Source: Candidatus Multivorans sp.
GTDB lineage: Bacteria; Acidobacteriota; Thermoanaerobaculia; Multivoradales; Multivoraceae
Assembly (NCBI GenBank): GCA_965224025.1
Contig: OZ245033.1
Coordinates: 2,016,001-2,080,000 of the forward strand
Direction: 5' to 3'
DNA: 64,000 bases
Each line of letters opens with the position of its first letter. The first letter of the stretch is position 1. The notes below the pieces were generated by a model. That model was given only the letters and a program-made list of their open reading frames with translations, was not told the DNA's origin and ran no database searches. Position numbers and translations under genes: made by a program. Below, in pieces: positions 1-7,614 of this stretch.

Positions 1-102
1 GACCTTCCATCCGTGCGCCCGCGGACAGGCGCACCGACTGGCTGGTGGCGCGACACGCGCCACCGGGGTTCGACGAACGCCTGTTCGAGCGTAGTCAGCC
101 GA

Positions 103-1473
103 TCAGTCGTCGTCGCCCCACCAGCGGCGCAGGCGTTCAGCGATCGCGGCCTCGGAGCCCTGGTCCGACGGTTCGTAGTAGCGGCGACCGGAGAGGCCGG
201 GCGGAAGGTACTCTTGCTCCTCGAAGTTCCCTTCGTAGTCGTGGCCGTACTTGTAGTCCGCGCCGTACCCCATGCCGCGCATCAGACCGGTGACGGCGTT
301 GCGCAGGTGCAGCGGCACGGGTTCGTGCGGGGCGTTCCGCACGTCCTCCATGGCGCGGCCCAGGGCCACGTAGGCAGCGTTGCTCTTCGGAGACGTCGCC
401 AGGTAGACGGTCGCTTCGGCCAGGGGAATGCGGCCTTCGGGCAGCCCGATGAAGTGGACCGCCTGCTGAGCGGCGACGGCGACCGGTAGTGCCCCCGGGT
501 TCGCAAGCCCGATGTCCTCGGCGGCCAGGATCACCAGGCGTCGGGCGATGAAGAGTGGATCCTCACCGGCCTCCAGCATCCGGGCCAGCCAGTACAGGGC
601 GCCGTCCGGCGACGAGCCGCGCACCGACTTGATGAAGGCCGAGATCGTGTCGTAGTGGCTGTCGCCGGCCTTGTCGTACTGGGGCGTTCGCCGCTGAAGG
701 GCGTCCGAGATGGCCTCCATGCCGATGCGCCGCACGCCGTCCTCGCCCGGTTCGGCCGCCACGACCGCCATCTCCAGGGCGTTCAAAGAAACACGGGCGT
801 CGCCGTTCGCGATGTTCACGAGATGCGCCACCGCATCCTCTTCCAGTTCCGGCGCCAGCAGCGCGAGTCCCCGTTTCTCGTCCTCCAGGGCTCGCCGGAC
901 GATCCCGGTCATCGCCTCGGCCTCCAGGGCATGCAGAGTGAACACGCGACAACGGGACAGAAGCGGCGCGTTGACCTCGAAGGACGGGTTTTCCGTCGTC
1001 GCCCCGATGAACGTGATCGTGCCGTCCTCGACGTGGGGCAGGATCACGTCCTGCTGCGCTTTGTTGAAGCGGTGGATCTCGTCCACGAACAGGATCGTCG
1101 GACGCCGGTAGAGCGACCGGAGTTCCCGCGCGCCGCTGACGGCGCGGCGCAGGTCCGCCACGCCGGCCGACACCGCGCTCACCGGCTCGAAGTGTGCGCT
1201 CGTTACGGTGGCAATCAGCCGCGCCAGGGTCGTCTTGCCAGAGCCGGGCGGCCCCCAGAACAGGAGCGACGGAACGCGGTCCGCCTCGATCGCCCGCCGC
1301 AGCACCTTGTCCTCGGCCAGGATGTGCTGCTGGCCCACGAACTCGTCGAACGAGGCCGGGCGCATCCGCTCGGCGAGTGGCGCGGTGGCCTTGGTCTGAG
1401 ATTCTCCGGCGTCTTCGAAGAGCCGGCCGCTCCTGGGCTTGCCGGTCAACTGTCGGCGACTCGTCCGCGCCAC
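103..1473 (-). CDS. rarA: Replication-associated recombination protein A (RarA/MgsA AAA+ ATPase)
   Basis: PLAERMRP, Walker A GPPGSGKTT, Walker B DEIHRFNKAQQD, GATTENPSF, and C-terminal MgsA_C motifs HYDTISAFIKSVRGS and SPKSNA. Confidence 0.95.
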   Translation of the reverse strand: MARTSRRQLTGKPRSGRLFEDAGESQTKATAPLAERMRPASFDEFVGQQHILAEDKVLRRAIEADRVPSLLFWGPPGSGKTTLARLIATVTSAHFEPVSAVSAGVADLRRAVSGARELRSLYRRPTILFVDEIHRFNKAQQDVILPHVEDGTITFIGATTENPSFEVNAPLLSRCRVFTLHALEAEAMTGIVRRALEDEKRGLALLAPELEEDAVAHLVNIANGDARVSLNALEMAVVAAEPGEDGVRRIGMEAISDALQRRTPQYDKAGDSHYDTISAFIKSVRGSSPDGALYWLARMLEAGEDPLFIARRLVILAAEDIGLANPGALPVAVAAQQAVHFIGLPEGRIPLAEATVYLATSPKSNAAYVALGRAMEDVRNAPHEPVPLHLRNAVTGLMRGMGYGADYKYGHDYEGNFEEQEYLPPGLSGRRYYEPSDQGSEAAIAERLRRWWGDDD

Positions 1474-1513
1474 CCAGCTTCGCTCTCGCGTGCCCCGCGC
1501 ACCGGGCTACAAG

Positions 1514-1606
1514 TCAGAGCCACTGCCGACGGTGGAGATCGAGGTTCCCAAGTTCATTTTCGATCTCGGCTGCTAGCCGGCGTGCGAACGCCTCGTCCAG
1601 CTTCAC
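1514..1606 (-). pseudogene. Truncated HEPN/HepT-like toxin N-terminus (30 aa)
   Basis: GTG overlaps the MNT stop (GTGA); translation MKLDEAFARRLAAEIENELGNLDLHRRQWL* resembles the first helix of MNT-associated HepT-like proteins, then stops. Confidence 0.45.
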
Positions 1607-1938
1607 GGATCGACGCCTTCCTCCAGGATGACCTGGCGCATGGCGTCCGTGGCCGACTCGATCGGGATGATGTCAAGAGCGAAGTCGGTCAACTCCGCCG
1701 TGCCCGCGGACACAGCGAAGAAACAATCCGGCCGAAGACCGGCTACGGCGACATCGATATCGGAGCGCGAGGTGAAGCGGCGGCTCGGAACGAACGCGGA
1801 GCCGCCGCCCACAACGCGGCTGGCGCCATGTTGTCCGAGGAACTCGGCGATCCGCCGCGCATCGTCCAGCGCTCGGGCCCTGCGCTCCGGCGGGAGCCGC
1901 GTTCGGCGGACATGGTCCAGGAAAAGACTACGGTCCAT
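1603..1938 (-). CDS. Minimal nucleotidyltransferase (MNT) antitoxin-like protein
   Basis: 111 aa from ATG 1938; GS...SDIDVAV motif and later D (ALDII) typical of MNT domains. Confidence 0.75.
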   Translation of the reverse strand: MDRSLFLDHVRRTRLPPERRARALDDARRIAEFLGQHGASRVVGGGSAFVPSRRFTSRSDIDVAVAGLRPDCFFAVSAGTAELTDFALDIIPIESATDAMRQVILEEGVDP

Positions 1939-1979
1939 CGACGCCAAGTATACGGAGGACCGGTCCGGCGGAGGGCCAG

Positions 1980-2231
1980 CGAGCCTCCGCCTTGCGGATC
2001 GCCTGCCCGGCGCCGACTTCGGCGCCATCGAGCCGGCGCGGAAGTCAGGCCGTGTAGTCGGTCCTCGCGGACTGCTACCCGTCGCCGTGCTTCAGCGCCG
2101 CCACGGACAACTACTGCCGGTTCCTCGCCCCGGATCGCCACGAGGTCGCAACCGTTGACCTCTCCCTTGACCTCATAGCCCTGTGCCTTGAGGAACGCCT
2201 TGACCGGCGTGTAGAGGGTCTGTTCGCGCAT
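1980..2231 (-). pseudogene. DUF2161-like (PD-(D/E)XK-type) remnant with internal deletion
   Basis: MREQTLYTPVKAFLKAQGYEVKGEVNGCDLVAIRGEEP start and RRRAGDPQGGGS segment resemble the family; the middle is missing. Confidence 0.55.
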
Positions 2232-2289
2232 GCTGGCTAGCAATGTGCCATGAGCGGCTCGCGCATGAGTGCTGGACGCCGAGTATACG

Positions 2290-2520
2290 ATCGGGTTCAG
2301 CACCGTCGACGAAGGAGTTCGAACCCGGGTCGCGGCACCTGCGGAACGCGACCACGGGATTGATGCGCAGCACGGGTCGCAGGTCGTAGGTCATGCGGGA
2401 GGGTCCGTAGCGGCGAGGCTGGAGTCCACACAGACCGGCGCCCGCGCGCCGCAGGTCGCGGTTGCGGAAGCCTTGGGGCAGGAGGCTGAAGTCCGGTCGA
2501 CGCACTCCAGCGTCAACTCC
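2290..2520 (-). pseudogene. Fused remnants: transposase-like fragment (GFRNRDLR...MTYDLR) joined to PIN-toxin-like fragment (RCRDP)
   Basis: Motifs within ORF 2173..2679; no intact gene. Confidence 0.35.
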
Positions 2521-2791
2521 GTATGGCGCGAGAGAACTTCGGCTGCGGATCGTGCCACTTTCGTGGCCGGACTCCGATCGATGGGTTCCGCACCGGCCAG
2601 CATACGGCCACCTTCGCCTCTGAGCGACAGTGAACGCGGCCAACCGCCGCAGAGGGGACAGCGAACGGAGTCCGATCAAACCCCGAACGAACCCGACAAA
2701 CCATGCTCGTCGGTCTGAGGCGAAGCCTCGTTGGCCCTGGATGCGGGAATGGGTTGGATTTCACGCCACGGCCGCGGACAACCGCTGGGCG

Positions 2792-4561
2792 CTAGGGCAG
2801 CGCGAACACGAACAGGTTGTTGCCCGAGCTGGGGCGCAACTCCGGCGTGAGCCCGGCCGAGAGGGCCGCCGACGTGCTACCCGTGCTGGCGACGACGTAC
2901 TGGCGCCCGTCGACTCCGAAGCTGATGGGGAAGCCGGTGACCGGTGAGCCGAGGTTTATCTCCCAGATGCTCTCGCCGGTCTCCTGGTCCAGGGCGCGGA
3001 ACCGGCCGTTGCCGTCGCCGACGAAGACCAGGCCGCCGGCGGTGACGAACAGTGACATCAGCCCCGCGCGCTGCTCGTAGGTCCACAGGGACTTGCCGGT
3101 TTCGGCAGACACGGCGTGGATGGCGCCGCTCAGGTCGGTGCCTTGCGCAATCTGGTGCTCGGCATCCAGGGCGTAGATCGCAAGCCGGCCGGCGCGCGTC
3201 GCCGTCATCAGGGCGCACGAGTTGCGCATCGGCACGTACATCGCGTTCGTCAGCGGGCTGTAGGCGCCGGCCTGCCAGTCCTTGCCGCCGATGTAGGTGG
3301 GGCAGACGTAGGCCTCCTGCCCCAGCTCGCGGAACACGACTTCCGTGTTCTCGGTGACCTTGCCGTCGCCGTCGATCGTGCTGATGACGTTCTGCCTGAT
3401 CGTCGGCCTCGCCCACAGGAACTCGCCGGTTTCGCGGTCGAGGGCGTACACCACGCCCGTCTTGCCGGGAACCCCGGTGATCACCTTGCGCACCTCGCCC
3501 GGCTCCACGCGGGGATTGATCCAGTCGACCGCGTCGGCGTCGGGCGCCACCGCCGTATCGACGAGTAGCCGCTCGAAGGGGTGGTCGAGGTCCCAGTGGT
3601 CGTTGAGGTGCTGGTAGTGCCACGCGATCTCGCCGGTGTTCGCGTCGAGCGCGAGGGTGGAGTTGTGGTACAGGTGCCTGAGATCCCTGCCGCCGAGCAG
3701 GAACTTCGGCGCCGGCGACGTCACCGAGGTGCCGATGTAGATGAGCTCCAGGCCCGGGTCGTAGCTCGGCACCATCCAGGCGCCGACGTGGGTACGATCC
3801 TCGAACGGGATGTCGCCCCAGGTTTCGTTGCCCGGCTCTCCCGGCGCCGGAATCGTGCGGCGCCGCCAGAGTTCGGCCCCGGTCTTCGCGTCGTGGGCGA
3901 CGATGACGCAGGCGTCGGGGCCGCCGCGGGGCAGGCAACTGCGGCCCGAGATCACCTTGCCGTCGGCGATGATCGGGCCGGAGCTCTGCATCGCCGGCTG
4001 GGTCTTATAGTCGAGGATCATCGTCTCCCAGACCAACTCGCCCGTCGCCGCGTCGAGCGCGAAGACGAACTCGTCGACGCTGGTGTCGATGATCAGGTCG
4101 CCGTAGATCGCGATGTTCCGGTTGTTGGCCGCCAGCGAGCCGACCTGCTGGAGGATGTTGTCCGGGTGCTGGCGCCGGTACTCCCAGATGAGGACCCCTT
4201 CCGTGGCGTCGATGGCCTGGATGACGTCGATGGGGTTCGGCATGTACATCACGCCGTCGTAGACGAGCGGCGTCCCCTGCTGGCGGCCGTCGCTCATGCC
4301 GCGGGACCAGACCAACCGCAGGTCGCCTACGTTCTCGGGCGTGATCTGGTCGAGCGGGCTGTAGCCCCAGCCGTCGAGCGTTCGGCGCCACATCAACCAG
4401 TCGTCGTCGCTCGGGTCCTGGAGCATGGCGTCCGTGACCGGCACGAAGTCGCTTCGTTCAGGCGAGCTTGCCGTCTGTGCCTCGGCGACCGGGGTCCAGA
4501 GGACCACCGTCAGGAGGACGGCGAGAAGTGCCGCCTGGAGCAAGAAACCGCGCTGAGTCAC
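2792..4561 (-). CDS. PQQ-dependent dehydrogenase / PQQ-binding beta-propeller protein, secreted
   Basis: Signal peptide from GTG 4561; DWLMWRRT..GWGYSPLDQI, QGTPLVYDG, repeated A(L)DAxTGxxxW propeller motifs, DHWDLD, C-terminal GRQYVV. Confidence 0.9.
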   Translation of the reverse strand: MTQRGFLLQAALLAVLLTVVLWTPVAEAQTASSPERSDFVPVTDAMLQDPSDDDWLMWRRTLDGWGYSPLDQITPENVGDLRLVWSRGMSDGRQQGTPLVYDGVMYMPNPIDVIQAIDATEGVLIWEYRRQHPDNILQQVGSLAANNRNIAIYGDLIIDTSVDEFVFALDAATGELVWETMILDYKTQPAMQSSGPIIADGKVISGRSCLPRGGPDACVIVAHDAKTGAELWRRRTIPAPGEPGNETWGDIPFEDRTHVGAWMVPSYDPGLELIYIGTSVTSPAPKFLLGGRDLRHLYHNSTLALDANTGEIAWHYQHLNDHWDLDHPFERLLVDTAVAPDADAVDWINPRVEPGEVRKVITGVPGKTGVVYALDRETGEFLWARPTIRQNVISTIDGDGKVTENTEVVFRELGQEAYVCPTYIGGKDWQAGAYSPLTNAMYVPMRNSCALMTATRAGRLAIYALDAEHQIAQGTDLSGAIHAVSAETGKSLWTYEQRAGLMSLFVTAGGLVFVGDGNGRFRALDQETGESIWEINLGSPVTGFPISFGVDGRQYVVASTGSTSAALSAGLTPELRPSSGNNLFVFALP

Positions 4562-4721
4562 AGGAAGGTGTGACTCTAGCTGAGTTGTAGCTCGGAGGAT
4601 GGTCGCCGCTTTGCGGCGGGTCTTTTCCCAGAAGCCGGCCAGAGGGCCGGCGCACCTGTACCTTTCCGGGATGCATTCTGGCGTGTCGTTGAGAGAGGTG
4701 GAATGGACCAGTAGCCGTCGT

Positions 4722-4817
4722 GGCTGCGGTAGCTGTGGGAAACCGGCTTGCCGGTTTTCCAAGGTCCGGCGGGAAACGGTCTGCCGTTTTCCGCCGGACC
4801 GGCAGCTTCCGCAGCCG
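4722..4817. repeat. Multi-hairpin structured segment in IS left end (also 9511-9606)
   Basis: Outer GGCTGCGG...CCGCAGCC stem enclosing GGAAACCGGC/GCCGGTTTTCC and GGTCCGGCGG...CCGCCGGACC hairpins. Confidence 0.7.
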
Positions 4818-4865
4818 AGACCGCCGGTCGGTTGCGTCTCCGGCCTGCCGGAGTCACTGAAGGAA

Positions 4866-5022
4866 AGTCGGCAAGCAGCCAGGAGCGACCACCGGCGCAC
4901 TGTGCTTCGAGCACCTGGCTGGGACCCGTGCCCTGGCTGCTTTGCCGCGTTGGACGCCCAGTGGAGAGTCAGTGCCTTAGAGCACCAGTACAGGTACGGG
5001 CAGGCAACGCGGCATGCCGACC
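4866..5022 (+). ncRNA. Putative IS110 bridge RNA core (target-binding and donor-binding loops), copy 1
   Basis: Closing helix GTCGGCA/TGCCGAC; stem GCAGCCAGG/CCTGGCTGC encloses CCGGCGCAC and CTGGG (target halves); stem GCCGCGTTG/CAACGCGGC encloses GTGGAGAGTC and GTACAGG (donor halves). Confidence 0.85.
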
Positions 5023-5056
5023 AGGCAACACTACCGCAAGGGAGAAGGAGGACGAG

Positions 5057-6312
5057 ATGATCAGGACGTGGTTCGCCGGCGTGGACTGGGGGTCCGAAAC
5101 CCACCACGTGTGTGTTTGCTGGGTCGGGACGGCAAGGTGAGGGGGGAGCGGGCGTTCGACCACAGCGGCAAGGGACTTGCCGCCATGGCCGACTGGCTCC
5201 TTGGACATGCACGACCGACGCCTCCGGGCGAGATCGGCGTCGCCATCGAGGTGCCGCACGGACCGGTCGTCGAGTGCCTCCTGGAGCGAGGCTTCGCCGT
5301 CCATTCGATCAACCCCAAGCAGCTCGACCGCTTCAGGGACCGCTTCTCCGTCGCCGGCGCCAAGGATGACCGCCGCGATGCACGGGCGCTCGCCGCCGCG
5401 CTTCGCACCGACCCCGAGTGCCTGAACCGCGTGCAACCATCCGATGCCGCCATCGTCATGCTGCGCGAGGTGTCCCGCGCCCGCAAGCAGTTGGTCAACC
5501 AGAAGAACCGCCTGGAGAACCAGGTCCGCGACCAGATCTGGCGCTACTACCCGCAGTTTCTCGCCGTGGTCAAGAACGAGGTGTCGGCGCCCTTCGCGCT
5601 GGCCTTGTGGCGACTGGCGCCGACCCCCGGCAAGGCTCGACGGCTGCGCGAGACCACGCTCGCCAAGCTGCTCAAGGAACACCGCATCCGGCGCCTGACT
5701 GCCGCCCAACTGCGCGATCAACTGCGGGCCGAGCCGATCGCCGTTTCCCCGGACACCGTTAAGGCCGCCGTCGAACACATAGGACTCCTCCGGCCGGTGC
5801 TCGACACCGTCTGCCGCCAACTCGCCGACGCCGACAAGCGGCTGGAGCGGATGACCCGCGCACTCGAGGCCCCGGCCCAACGGGAAAACGACGACGACTC
5901 CCCTAAGCCGAGCGACGCCGCCATCCTCAGGTCGCTGCCCGGACTCGGCAAGGTCGGCCTCGCCACCCTGCTCTCCGAGGCCGATCAAAGCCTGGGCCGC
6001 AGAGACTACGAGGCACTGCGTTGCCTCTGCGGAGTGGCGCCGGTGACCGTCAAGTCCGGCAAGAAGCTCATCGTCATGCGACGACTCGCCGCCAACGAGC
6101 ACCTCAGCGACGCCGTCTATCACTGGGGACGAGTCGCCATCCAGCACGACCCGATCAGCCGCGCCAAGTACGACGCCATGAAAGCCGAAGGCAAGACACA
6201 CGGACGAGCCATCAGACAACTCGTCGATCGACTCCTCGGCGTCGCCTGCGCCATGCTCCGAGACCGCACTCTCTTCGACCCCAACAAGAGAAGCCATGCC
6301 CAGGTCGCATGA
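5057..6312 (+). pseudogene. IS110 transposase/recombinase, frameshifted
   Basis: GVDWG, IEVPHG, KDDRRDA (DEDD) and APVTVKSGK (catalytic Ser) motifs; a 2-nt TT insertion near 5114-5116 relative to copy 2 shifts the frame after about 20 codons. Confidence 0.9.
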
Positions 6313-6347
6313 CCTGCCTGACCCGCAGCAACCTCCCCAAAACACAC

Positions 6348-6353
6348 TTGCTA
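6348..6353 (+). promoter_or_regulatory. -35 box (TTGCTA) of circle-junction promoter; partner -10 TACCTT at 4659-4664
   Basis: Joining right end, CC and left end gives TTGCTA-17 nt-TACCTT; same in copy 2 (11135-11140 and 9448-9453). Confidence 0.7.
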
Positions 6354-6413
6354 AAGGGTGGAGAGTCCCAGTTTTCCAGAAGGGCGGCGCAGCCGGCTCC
6401 TGGGGGCCAACTT

Positions 6414-7550
6414 CTAGCGGGACGAGGAGAGCCGGACTTCCAGGTTCTCTTCGCCGTCGCTTCGCACCACGGTCACCGTGACGACGTCGCCGACGCGGAA
6501 GTCCTCGACGATCGTGTGGACGTCGTTCACCGAGGCGACCTGACGACCTTCGATCGCGGTGATCAGGTCGCCCAGGACGATGCCGCGGCGTGTCCGCCGG
6601 CTTTCGCGCATGCCGGCTCGTTCGGCGCCGGAGCCCGGCACCACCCTGGTGACCAGCGCGCCCTTGACGCCGCGCGCGCGGAGCAGGGAGTCGTCCAGCT
6701 CGACGCCGATCAGCGGTCGCTCGACTTCGCCGTGCGCGATCAGTTCCGGGACGACCCAGTTCACGGTGTCCACCGGGATCGCGAATCCGATACCGCCCCA
6801 GGCGCCGCTGGAAGAGACGATCTGGGTGTTCACGCCGATCAGCCGGCCGCTCGAGTCGAGCAGGGGGCCGCCGGAGTTGCCCGGGTTGATCGCGGCATCG
6901 GTCTGAATCACGCCGCGGATCAGGCGGTTGGTGAGCGAAGACACCTCACGATCCAGGGCGCTGATCACACCTGTGGTCAGGGTGTGGTCGAGACCGAAGG
7001 GGTCGCCGATGGCGAGCACGGACTGGCCCACCTGAAGGTCGCGCGAAGTGCCGACCGCGATGGGCCGCAGCTTGTCTGCCGGCGCCTCGATCTTCAGCAC
7101 GGCAAGATCCACATGCGGGTCGCCGCCGATCACCTGGGCCGGCCAGGTGCTCTGATCGCTCAGGGTGACGAGCGTTTCGTGGGCGCGGAACACGACGTGG
7201 AAGTTCGTGACCACGTGACCCTTCGCGTCCCAGATGAAGCCGGTGCCGGTGCCCTCCGGAACGCGGTCGATGCGGCGGGCGAAGACGTTGCGGCGGTTCG
7301 GCACGGTAGTGATGTTCACCACCGAGGGCGAGGCCTTCCGGAACAGCTCGACCGTGGTGCGTTCCTCCGGCAGGAGCCCGCCGGCCGGCGCCACCTGGCG
7401 CGGCTCGACGCGGCTGTCGGCCTCCAGGACGCTGCCCTGCCACCTCGAGCCGAAGACGAAAGCGAGAAGGGCGAGGACGACGAGGCCGGAGGCAGCGGCA
7501 AAACGCGGCCGGGGCCGTCCTTCCGGTCCAGATGGAGTTCCGTGGGGCAT
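6414..7550 (-). CDS. HtrA/DegQ-like trypsin serine protease with one PDZ domain
   Basis: GTGTGFIW, VTNFHV, DLAVL, IQTDAAINPGNSGGPL; N-terminal transmembrane segment; C-terminal PDZ. Confidence 0.93.
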   Translation of the reverse strand: MPHGTPSGPEGRPRPRFAAASGLVVLALLAFVFGSRWQGSVLEADSRVEPRQVAPAGGLLPEERTTVELFRKASPSVVNITTVPNRRNVFARRIDRVPEGTGTGFIWDAKGHVVTNFHVVFRAHETLVTLSDQSTWPAQVIGGDPHVDLAVLKIEAPADKLRPIAVGTSRDLQVGQSVLAIGDPFGLDHTLTTGVISALDREVSSLTNRLIRGVIQTDAAINPGNSGGPLLDSSGRLIGVNTQIVSSSGAWGGIGFAIPVDTVNWVVPELIAHGEVERPLIGVELDDSLLRARGVKGALVTRVVPGSGAERAGMRESRRTRRGIVLGDLITAIEGRQVASVNDVHTIVEDFRVGDVVTVTVVRSDGEENLEVRLSSSR

Positions 7551-7614
7551 GGACTAAAGCTAACAGGAGTTGGTTCCCGGTTTCTTCCCTTCGGCGCCGC
7601 TACCATTCGCGCCC

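Larger units (their letters stand above)
4655..6368 (+). mobile_element. IS110-family insertion sequence, copy 1 (CC core at 4655-4656 and 6367-6368)
   Basis: Near-identical to 9444-11155; removing it restores GCCGGCCAGAGGGCCGGCGCACCCAG; no terminal inverted repeats, as typical for IS110. Confidence 0.93.

Noticed and set aside
4562-5212. N-terminal extension of ORF 2792..5212 and ORFs 4576..4914, 4599..5060, 9371..9703, 9460..9849
   Set aside because: Read-through of the non-coding IS left end in GC-rich DNA; the real PQQ protein begins at its signal peptide near 4561.
4655-6368. Terminal inverted repeats or a classical target-site duplication for the IS
   Set aside because: None visible; only a 2-bp CC core is repeated, consistent with IS110 conservative recombination.
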